From assembly GCA_964438845.1 (NCBI GenBank), contig CAYTLN010000002.1:4668-68667 (forward strand): DNA of 64,000 bases, written 5' to 3'. The translations under genes and the position numbers were made by a program. Source of the DNA: an uncultured Gammaproteobacteria bacterium (lineage in GTDB: Bacteria > Patescibacteriota > Patescibacteriia > Patescibacteriales > Patescibacteriaceae). Positions 18,823 to 26,707 of the stretch are shown here, in pieces; position 1 is the first letter of the stretch; each line of letters opens with the position of its first letter. The notes beneath the pieces were generated by a model that saw only the letters and a list, made by a program, of their open reading frames with translations, ran no database searches and was not told the DNA's origin.

Positions 18823-19912
18823 CTTATACGGAACGATGAGCCGGGGCGGAGCGGAGCAGATTGTCGAGACAATCGCAACTGAGCTCGAGCGTCGCGGCGA
18901 TGAGATTAGCGTTATCGCGCTGCGTCCGTGGGGAAAGCGCGTTTCCAGTTCCGGTACGCGTAGGGTCTATTACCTCGGAAGCGGTTACGGCCATCTCAGC
19001 CGTTTGCCGTGGGCCGTGCGACTTTCATGGCATGCGGGTTTGTTCTATAATCCCGTTAAGTATTTACAGCTCAGGCGTATTCTCGACCAGGAACGGCCGG
19101 ATGTGGTCTTGACCCATAACCTGACCGGCTTCGGTTTTTCGATCCTGAGGTTATTTGCTCGTCACCGCCATATCCATACCGTCCATGATATCCAGCTGCT
19201 CCATCCTTCCGGGTTATTGATGTACGGTCAGGAGCGTATGATCGATTCCCGAGCGGCCCGCATGTATCAGCGCTTGATCGCAAAGGCATTTCCCCGTTCT
19301 TCTCGGATCATTTTCCCTTCGATGTGGCTTGAACAACTTCATCTGTCACGCGATATGTTCAGCGCTAACCAGCGCCGTGTCCTGCAGAATCCGATCCTGT
19401 TAGATCGCCATCGGGACCGGACTTCATCGGGCAAGGGCTTCCGTTTCCTGTATGTCGGGCAACTCGAACAGCATAAAGGCGTGATGCTGCTGCTGCGGGC
19501 TTTCTCTCAGCTCGGCGGTGATGTGCGCCTAACGGTCGTGGGCGAGGGGAGTTTACTTGCGGAATGTCGCGCGAAATACGGGGAAACAATCGAGTTCGCC
19601 GGCCGGCTTCCCCATGAAAAGATACGCTCAGCCATGGCGGCGGCAGATTGCCTGGTTGTTCCCTCGCTCTGTTATGAGAACTTACCCACCGTCATCCTCG
19701 AGGCCCAAGCAGTTGGATTGCCAGTCATCGCCTCGAATCTTGGAGGCATCCCGGAACTGTTGCCGGAAGAATGCGTGTTCGCGCCTGAAGAAAAAGCGCT
19801 TGGACAAGCGCTTGAATCCGCCGTTAGAAATTCACCGACATCAGTGCCCGCTCCTTTCCTTGTCTCGCCGGCTGACTATGTCACTCAGATCCTTGATAGC
19901 ATCAGCGAGTGA
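18800..19912 (+). CDS. glycosyltransferase family 4
   Basis: 370 aa. YENLPTVILEAQAVGLPVIASNLGG. Overlaps the previous gene by 23 nt. Confidence 0.85.
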   Translation: MKICIVNNLYGTMSRGGAEQIVETIATELERRGDEISVIALRPWGKRVSSSGTRRVYYLGSGYGHLSRLPWAVRLSWHAGLFYNPVKYLQLRRILDQERPDVVLTHNLTGFGFSILRLFARHRHIHTVHDIQLLHPSGLLMYGQERMIDSRAARMYQRLIAKAFPRSSRIIFPSMWLEQLHLSRDMFSANQRRVLQNPILLDRHRDRTSSGKGFRFLYVGQLEQHKGVMLLLRAFSQLGGDVRLTVVGEGSLLAECRAKYGETIEFAGRLPHEKIRSAMAAADCLVVPSLCYENLPTVILEAQAVGLPVIASNLGGIPELLPEECVFAPEEKALGQALESAVRNSPTSVPAPFLVSPADYVTQILDSISE

Positions 19913-21782
19913 ATTTAAAGACTGTCGCCTGGCCGTCGCTAATGACTTCAGTGGCATTGGCAATGAGCCGCGTTTCAGCGTTCACTTTGAGCGAGTCGGT
20001 CCAGTATTCATCAACTACGAAATACGCGGTATCGACACCTGCAAGATCCATGGCCTCAGCCATGGTTTTTTTCGTCGGAGCAGCAATCATGTCCAGATAT
20101 TTTTGGTAGAGCGGTCCGCCGGTCGGGATCGGATAGTAGAAAATGTTATTCGCGAAATACTTCCTAAAGCCGAATTCCCGAAGCGCCCCGGCGCTGACTT
20201 GCTGGTTGGCAAGCACGATATAGGGAGTGCCGCCTGCATTTTCCACGATCCAATGGACGGCGAGTATGTCGGCTTTTGATGTGGAATAGCCGCGGCTATT
20301 AAAATAGTGGTCGAAGCGCGGATAGGAAAGATAGAAGGATGCGGTTATAGCGGCGGCAAAGAAAAGAACGAAGGCCGCTTGGATGAAATAGCCACTCTGC
20401 CGAAAACGGTTCCAGAAAGCAGCAAGTGCCCGTGCGGCGAGCGGCAGGAGGAAGAGCGAGGCGACGACGAGGATGCGCGACGGATAGTCAGAGCGTTCAT
20501 AGTCGATCAGGAAGTTGAAGCTGATGGCTGAGGCAGCGACAGCGGAAGCGGCGAGAGCGGTCGCGGGTGCCGCGTATTCTCGCAACAAAGCATGCTCATG
20601 TTTCTTCCAGGCGATGATTGTTCCCGCAGCGGCCAGAAGCAGGAAGGCCAGGGGACGATTGGCTTCTATCAGGTACAGAAAGTTGAGCCAGACATTTTCG
20701 CTGTGAGGATTGCCCGGAATAAGAGCGCTGAACATCGACAGCGACGGAGCCACGATCGTGGCTGAAGCTGATCCGACCGGCGCAAAAATATAGAAGGAAA
20801 GGGGAAGGGCAAGGATGAATACCGCAAAAGCTCCGTAGGTGATCGCTTTGACATAGCGCGGGGAAGTCCAGATATGTTCGGCGGTGAGCAGGGCGGCGAA
20901 AGCGAGAGCCGGGATGCCGGCGATCGGCTGCGTCACTGCCGAAGCGAGAGCGAGGAGCCAGATAAGGATATAATCGCCTCGTGACTTCCGATGCCAGGAC
21001 CAGATGACGGCCAGCAGCAAGAAAAGATATGCGAGGTTCTGCGGCGTTGTCAGGATAAACGGCGTGAAAGCGAAGCTAAGCAAGAGGATCAGCACCGGTC
21101 CGAGAGCGTTGTTTAGCTTTTCTTTCAGGCTGTGCCAGGCCGCGAGCGGAAGCGTCACTGCCGCGAGAACCGGCACGAGCAACCTATCCCAAAGGGCGAT
21201 CGGGCCGCCGAAAATGGCATGGCCGATGGTTACCAAGCTGTATTGGCCGAGATAATAGAAAGTCGTCGGGAATATCTTGCCATGGGCCTCGATTTCTTTG
21301 ACCGCCGCTTGATGGATGAAGGGATCGAAGCCATAGCCGATCTTATAGACGATAAGGGCGACTGAAAATGTCCAGGCGTAATGCACGACAAGGAGCCATC
21401 GGTTAAGCGAACCGCGCAGGGCGGCTACGATCAAGAGAAAAGTTCCGGCGCCGTAAGCGGCGAATTCCCAGATGGGGACGACTGCCCAGGGCGTGATGAG
21501 AGCGCGGTCGCTTGCCGCTCGGAAAAGGAGAGCCAAGCCCATGAGGGCGAGGAACAGATAGGTGACAGTCCAGACGCGGCTGCCTCTCGGGCCCCGACCC
21601 GTCTCAGCTGGCAAGTATTTCAGGATGGAAACGCTGCCTATGATTGAAATAAGGAGGGTAAGCGCGATGCCGGTCAGTGTCAGTCCGATCGTCAGGTAAG
21701 CGACTGACCCGACGCAGGCGATCAGGCTGATGCAGGCGAGGCAGAGAGGGAGAAGGCGGGAAATGATAGCGTTGGGTTTCAT
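19902..21782 (-). CDS. polytopic membrane protein with a C-terminal soluble domain (glycan-assembly-associated, unassigned family)
   Basis: 626 aa. More than 12 hydrophobic segments, then about 150 aa that look soluble. The 3' end overlaps the convergent GT4 by 11 nt. Confidence 0.6.
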   Translation of the reverse strand: MKPNAIISRLLPLCLACISLIACVGSVAYLTIGLTLTGIALTLLISIIGSVSILKYLPAETGRGPRGSRVWTVTYLFLALMGLALLFRAASDRALITPWAVVPIWEFAAYGAGTFLLIVAALRGSLNRWLLVVHYAWTFSVALIVYKIGYGFDPFIHQAAVKEIEAHGKIFPTTFYYLGQYSLVTIGHAIFGGPIALWDRLLVPVLAAVTLPLAAWHSLKEKLNNALGPVLILLLSFAFTPFILTTPQNLAYLFLLLAVIWSWHRKSRGDYILIWLLALASAVTQPIAGIPALAFAALLTAEHIWTSPRYVKAITYGAFAVFILALPLSFYIFAPVGSASATIVAPSLSMFSALIPGNPHSENVWLNFLYLIEANRPLAFLLLAAAGTIIAWKKHEHALLREYAAPATALAASAVAASAISFNFLIDYERSDYPSRILVVASLFLLPLAARALAAFWNRFRQSGYFIQAAFVLFFAAAITASFYLSYPRFDHYFNSRGYSTSKADILAVHWIVENAGGTPYIVLANQQVSAGALREFGFRKYFANNIFYYPIPTGGPLYQKYLDMIAAPTKKTMAEAMDLAGVDTAYFVVDEYWTDSLKVNAETRLIANATEVISDGQATVFKFTR

Positions 21783-21849
21783 AGCAGTGGGTTATTCCGG
21801 CTTTGGCCGTAATCGTATACAATCATAGCAGACTCATCATTACTACGTC

Positions 21850-22149
21850 ATGTCCCGTCTCCATAAGCACCAACTAGATAAACTCCTGAGCCGGCCGGAC
21901 GCCGAATTGGATCTGCACGGCCTGACCAGGGCTGAAGCCAGGCCAGAACTCGAACAGTTCCTTGACGAAGCGGAAAGAAGAGGCTGGCGGAATGTCCGGA
22001 TCATCGTTGGGAAGGGTTGGAATTCGCCGGACGGACAGGGAATCCTCCCAGGGTTCGTAACATCTATTCTGGAGGATCGTGGCTATGCATATTCACGCGC
22101 CAGACAGAACGAGGGAGGAAGCGGAGTTTTGGTCGTAACTATTCCTTGA
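21850..22149 (+). CDS. Smr domain protein
   Basis: 99 aa. LDLHGLTRAEARPELEQFL...VRIIVGKGWNS. Confidence 0.8.
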   Translation: MSRLHKHQLDKLLSRPDAELDLHGLTRAEARPELEQFLDEAERRGWRNVRIIVGKGWNSPDGQGILPGFVTSILEDRGYAYSRARQNEGGSGVLVVTIP

Positions 22150-22174
22150 CAAATATAAATAGATATTGTATAGA
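22146..22174 (+). promoter_or_regulatory. sigma70-type promoter
   Basis: TTGACA (22146-22151) contains the Smr TGA stop. 17-nt spacer, then TATAGA (22169-22174). Confidence 0.5.
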
Positions 22175-22225
22175 TAGGTAATTAGCAAAATAAAAAACAA
22201 CCATACACACGGAAAGGTGGATAAG

Positions 22226-22567
22226 ATGGAAAAAACTATTATATTCCTAGCCGGGAGAGATAAGGAGTTCTTAACAAATTGGAAAGAGTTCTTTGCGGAT
22301 ATAAGCGGAGATTTTGAAATAACGGATTGGGAGCAGTACGAAGAAAAGGGATATGATACCGTTTTCTTTAACCATCCAATGCTAATCATCTGCGGGACAA
22401 GCATGATGGATGAAAACAATCTCGGGATGGACCGCATATTTTCCGAGCTTAGCTCGAGCGATGGCAATATCATCGGCTTCTTCCCGGTTGAAGAATCGAT
22501 AGATCCGGAAATAGCCATGTCGTTTTACCTATATGCGATTAATCCGCCGGCTATTTCTCTTAATTAA
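22226..22567 (+). CDS. hypothetical protein
   Basis: ATG lies 5 nt after AAAGGTGG (22213-22220). 113 aa. AT-richer cassette. Alternating beta-alpha pattern (TIIFLAG, MLIICG); no family assigned. Confidence 0.45.
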   Translation: MEKTIIFLAGRDKEFLTNWKEFFADISGDFEITDWEQYEEKGYDTVFFNHPMLIICGTSMMDENNLGMDRIFSELSSSDGNIIGFFPVEESIDPEIAMSFYLYAINPPAISLN

Positions 22568-22663
22568 GAAACCAGTTTTTGATCCGTTTCATAGTTTGGG
22601 CTATCTGAAGATAGTCCTTTTTTATTTGAAAATTATCCTTCCGACTGATACCATACAGACAGT

Positions 22664-24388
22664 ATGAATCTTTCGACCAGCCGCCCAATCCTGTGGGCCA
22701 AGCGCCATTGGCATACCATCCTCGTCGTCTTGGCGGCGATCGGTTTCTTTTTTGTCGCTTCAAGTTTCAATTACTTGAGCCAGGATAACGCTTTTGTGAA
22801 ATGGCTATCGCCGGACGAGACGGCGAATTATACTGTCGCTCGACTATATGCCCAGACAGGCAGCCTTCAATTCTTTGAAAAATATAATCTGATCGCTGAA
22901 GACATCATCCATCCTCGTAGTTTCAGATCAGATTGGGGATGGATCAAGCCGGTCAGCTTTGTCGGTATGCCGTTGTATTACGGAGCTATCGGCCGTCTTC
23001 TGGGCATCGATGTCATTCCGTACCTGACTCCGTTGTTCGGCGCGATCGCCCTGATCTTCTTTTACCTTCTGATCCGTGAGTTCTTCGGTAAGACGAATGC
23101 CTTGATGTCGACAGTATTGGCGGCCGCGTTTCCCGTCTATGTTTATTTCTCGGCGCGAAGCATGTTCCATAATATCCTTTTCATTGCCGCTCTGATCATC
23201 GGTTTGTATTTTGTCGTCAGGATGGTCAGGCGGCGTCCGCCGGAAGAGGGCGGCTACCTCTCCCGTACCTGGCCTTCCTTCCTTTACGCATTGCTCGGCG
23301 GAGCCGCTTTCGGGGTTGCCGCGGCCGCGCGGACATCCGAACTTTTATGGCTTGCCCCGCTCTTGGTAGGGTTATGGCTGTTCAATTTCCGGAAAGTCGG
23401 ACTGGTGAAATTATTCTTCTTCGCCTACGGAATATTCTTAGCGTTGCTGCCGGTGATGTTTTGGAATCAGACATTGTTCGGTTCGTGGAAATCGAGCGGA
23501 TATCCCGAATTGAATGATTCTCTCTTTACGCTCGAGCAAAGCGGAGGAGCGCTTGCTCAGACTGCGGCTGCCGGCAAGTGGTATGATATCGGACCGGCAC
23601 TAGCCAAGGTGCAGGATACGGTCTTCCATTTCGGCTTCCATCCCGGCCAGAGCCTGCATATTTTTGACGATTACGTTACGACAATGTTCCCCTGGCTCTT
23701 CTGGCTCGCCGGAGCGGGAATCCTTCTCTTCATCATCTACTACAAGAAATATACCAGAGGCCGTTGGTTATTCTTTCTCGGGTGGGCGGCTGTTTCGACA
23801 ATCCTTGTCATCTACTATGGCAGCTGGCTATTCTTCGATAATCCTGACCAGACAAGCACGATCGGCAATTCATACACTCGGTACTGGCTGCCGCTCTATC
23901 TCGGGGCTTTGCCATTCGTGAGTTTGATCATCATATTCGCGACATCGGTCTTACGCCAGCGTCATGTCATCGCCGTCGCGCGCGCGATCGCCGTCGCTGC
24001 CCTCGTTACTGTTTCCATCCAATTCGTCTGGAACGATCCCGCCGAGGGGATCGCGGTTTCAATCGAGAAACAGAAACAATCTCGTCTCGAATGGGAACAG
24101 GTCACTGCCTTGACTGAACCGAACGCGGTTATCATCACCCGCTATCATGATAAGCTGTTGTTTTCCGAGCGTAAGGTTGTCATCGGATTGTTCAATGATA
24201 AGAATATGATCCGCGCGTATGCCCGTATCGCTCGATATATTCCCGTCTATTACTATAATTTCAATTACCAGCAAAAGGATCTCGAATACCTCAATTCGAG
24301 CCCCCTTCATGAGGCCGGTTTGCGGATTGAGGAAGTGAAAAGGATTACCGACCGCTTTACCCTCTATCGCCTGATCCTCGCTCCTTGA
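22664..24388 (+). CDS. polytopic membrane protein, GT-C (ArnT/PMT)-like glycosyltransferase candidate
   Basis: 574 aa. About 11 or more TM segments. Acidic first-loop motif SPDETANY. C-terminal soluble domain. Confidence 0.55.
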   Translation: MNLSTSRPILWAKRHWHTILVVLAAIGFFFVASSFNYLSQDNAFVKWLSPDETANYTVARLYAQTGSLQFFEKYNLIAEDIIHPRSFRSDWGWIKPVSFVGMPLYYGAIGRLLGIDVIPYLTPLFGAIALIFFYLLIREFFGKTNALMSTVLAAAFPVYVYFSARSMFHNILFIAALIIGLYFVVRMVRRRPPEEGGYLSRTWPSFLYALLGGAAFGVAAAARTSELLWLAPLLVGLWLFNFRKVGLVKLFFFAYGIFLALLPVMFWNQTLFGSWKSSGYPELNDSLFTLEQSGGALAQTAAAGKWYDIGPALAKVQDTVFHFGFHPGQSLHIFDDYVTTMFPWLFWLAGAGILLFIIYYKKYTRGRWLFFLGWAAVSTILVIYYGSWLFFDNPDQTSTIGNSYTRYWLPLYLGALPFVSLIIIFATSVLRQRHVIAVARAIAVAALVTVSIQFVWNDPAEGIAVSIEKQKQSRLEWEQVTALTEPNAVIITRYHDKLLFSERKVVIGLFNDKNMIRAYARIARYIPVYYYNFNYQQKDLEYLNSSPLHEAGLRIEEVKRITDRFTLYRLILAP

Positions 24389-24413
24389 CAGGCTACGGTC
24401 GGGATAGTATAGT
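24385..24413 (+). promoter_or_regulatory. sigma70-type promoter
   Basis: TTGACA (24385-24390) contains the upstream TGA stop. 17-nt spacer, then TATAGT (24408-24413). Confidence 0.55.
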
Positions 24414-24460
24414 TGCGTATTGCATCGCACATTACAAAACAATATTCGAAGGGAGTAACA

Positions 24461-24952
24461 ATGAAGAGATACAAAGACGAAAGAAAGCTGCTGCATTACC
24501 GACTGGCGTTGATTAATATACCTCGATCCAGCCCGGAACGGGACCGTGTGTTTAGGCAAATCACCATGATCCCTGTCTCTGCTGACAGCAGTTTTTCATA
24601 TCTGATTGCCCGGATCAGGCGTTTTCCACTCCATAAAAGAAACCGTTTGAAAACATGGGAGGCAATTAAGAAAAAGCTGGAGCTAAGAAGGGATTTGAAT
24701 CAGATGGAGGAATGCAGGCAGCGCCTGCAAAGCTATGACGGCATCAAGATCGAACTCGAAGACATGATGGCGGACGAAGTCCGGAAACTGATGCGCCGTC
24801 CTCGTTCCGATTGCGATACTCAGTTTCCCGCTTGGTTCTTGGATTGGGTATCGTTCCCGATAAAGATTCCTGATTTCTTATTATCCGATGTACTAAGATT
24901 ATTTAAAAAACATTCATTCTCTGGAAAGGAGAAGCCATGGAAAAAGCAATAA
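24461..24952 (+). CDS. hypothetical protein (basic, helical)
   Basis: ATG at 24461 follows AAGGGAG (24449-24455). 163 aa. No domain recognised. Confidence 0.45.
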   Translation: MKRYKDERKLLHYRLALINIPRSSPERDRVFRQITMIPVSADSSFSYLIARIRRFPLHKRNRLKTWEAIKKKLELRRDLNQMEECRQRLQSYDGIKIELEDMMADEVRKLMRRPRSDCDTQFPAWFLDWVSFPIKIPDFLLSDVLRLFKKHSFSGKEKPWKKQ

Positions 24953-25428
24953 ACATTGTCCTAGCGCTAGGCAATGCCTTTTGGATCTTTTGCGGCATAT
25001 GTATGTTTGCAATCAAGCGTGAGCCGGATGCGATCATGTCGCCGAAGCTGCTTTCAGTAATCATGGCCGTGATGCTGGTCATTTCAATCGCCATGTTGTT
25101 GGCGGCCAGTTATCAGTGGGCCATTCAGGAACATGTCCGGAAAAACGGCTGGTTCCTGTTGAGCGGAGTATTGTTCTTAGGCGGTTCGCTCAGCATGTAT
25201 CTCTTGTTCTTTAATGGGTTCGCGCTTTGGGTCGGATTGAATGCGGTAACCGAGGAAATGTACCGGCTGTATTATGGACCAAATTTCGTTTCGTTCCGTA
25301 TCATACTGACGATATATAGTCTTGCCAGCTTTCTACTGGGTGTCAGTTGCATTTCTGCCAGTAGGGGCTGTAAGGCGCTCATGCCCCTCCGTCCCAGAGT
25401 AGACGCCGAAGGAAGAAATCTGTCATAA
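24937..25428 (+). CDS. hypothetical membrane protein
   Basis: 163 aa with 4-5 TM segments. AAGGAG upstream of the start. Overlaps the previous ORF by 16 nt. Confidence 0.5.
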   Translation: MEKAINIVLALGNAFWIFCGICMFAIKREPDAIMSPKLLSVIMAVMLVISIAMLLAASYQWAIQEHVRKNGWFLLSGVLFLGGSLSMYLLFFNGFALWVGLNAVTEEMYRLYYGPNFVSFRIILTIYSLASFLLGVSCISASRGCKALMPLRPRVDAEGRNLS

Positions 25429-25448
25429 AGGCGGAAAGACTTTTTCAT

Positions 25449-25480
25449 AAAGCCGATATTGAAAAATAACGGCTTTTTTA
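25449..25480 (+). terminator. intrinsic terminator
   Basis: AAAGCCG (25449-25455) pairs with CGGCTTT (25470-25476) across a 14-nt loop, with a T-run to 25479. Confidence 0.45.
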
Positions 25481-25510
25481 TTTGGCGAGCATTAATGGTA
25501 TACTGTCCCT

Positions 25511-26707
25511 ATGGAAAGCAAAAAACGCTATCGGATCGGCATCGATGCCCGCTTTTACGGACCGCTCGGCAAGGGTTTGGGCCGTTATACGCAGGAAACT
25601 GTCGACAACGTCCTGGCTTTCGACCGTGAGAATGAATATGTCATTTTCCTTAGCAAGGACAACTTCGATGAGCTCGTGACTGACCATCCACGCGTCAAGA
25701 AAGTCCTGGCCGATGTCCGCTGGTACACGCTGGCGGAGCAGGTTCGGATGCCATGGCTGATTGCCAAGGAGAAACTCGATTTGATGCACTATCCGCATTT
25801 CAACGTGCCGCTTTTTTCGCCCGTTCGTTTCATCGTGACGATCCATGACCTGATCCTGACGAAATTTCCGACGATGCGGGCGACGACGCTCGGTCCGGTC
25901 TTATATTTATTGAAGAATCTTTTCTATCGAATCATTATCCGGCACGCGATCAAGGGGGCCGAGAAAGTTATCGCCGTAACCGAATACACGAAAAAAGACA
26001 TTATGGAACAATTCGGCACGCGGGCTGATCATCTCGAAATGATTTATGAGGGCGTAGCGACGCTGTCCGGCAAGGCCGATCGACATTTTTCATCGACGCT
26101 GAAAGCTGAAGAGATCCTTTCTGATTATTGCATCCTCGAGCCGTATCTTTTGTATGTCGGTAACGCATATCCGCACAAGAACTTGGAAACGCTCATCCGC
26201 GTGTTCAAGCGTTTTCATGAGAATCGCCGCGATCTGAAGCTCGTCCTTGTCGGCAAGGATGATTATTTTTACTCTCGGCTGAAAGAGTATGCGGAGCAGG
26301 AAGGACTATGGTCGCGTGACCCGCGCCGAGCCGCATCCTTGCCCGTGATTTTTCCCGGGTATGTTCCCGATAAGGAATTGAACGTTCTATTCAGTCGGGC
26401 AGCCGCATATGTTTTTCCATCGAAGTATGAAGGTTTCGGCCTGCCGCCGCTCGAGGCGATGTCACGGAATTGCCCGGTCGTCAGCTCAAACGCGACGTGC
26501 TTGCCTGAGGTGCTCGGCGAGGCGGCTCTTTATTTCGATCCGTATGACGACGAGGATATTCTCGAGAAGCTTGAGCTGATCCTGACTGATGAAGCGCTGC
26601 GAAAAGCATTGTGTGCGAAAGGTTTCGAACAGATCAAGCTTTTCAGTTGGGAGAAAGCGGGGGAGGCCGTCACTCGCCTTTATTCACGAATCCTCTCGAA
26701 TGCCTGA
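25511..26707 (+). CDS. glycosyltransferase family 4
   Basis: 398 aa. YEGFGLPPLEAMSRNCPVVSSNATCLPE. TGG-TATACT lies 6 nt before the ATG. Confidence 0.85.
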   Translation: MESKKRYRIGIDARFYGPLGKGLGRYTQETVDNVLAFDRENEYVIFLSKDNFDELVTDHPRVKKVLADVRWYTLAEQVRMPWLIAKEKLDLMHYPHFNVPLFSPVRFIVTIHDLILTKFPTMRATTLGPVLYLLKNLFYRIIIRHAIKGAEKVIAVTEYTKKDIMEQFGTRADHLEMIYEGVATLSGKADRHFSSTLKAEEILSDYCILEPYLLYVGNAYPHKNLETLIRVFKRFHENRRDLKLVLVGKDDYFYSRLKEYAEQEGLWSRDPRRAASLPVIFPGYVPDKELNVLFSRAAAYVFPSKYEGFGLPPLEAMSRNCPVVSSNATCLPEVLGEAALYFDPYDDEDILEKLELILTDEALRKALCAKGFEQIKLFSWEKAGEAVTRLYSRILSNA

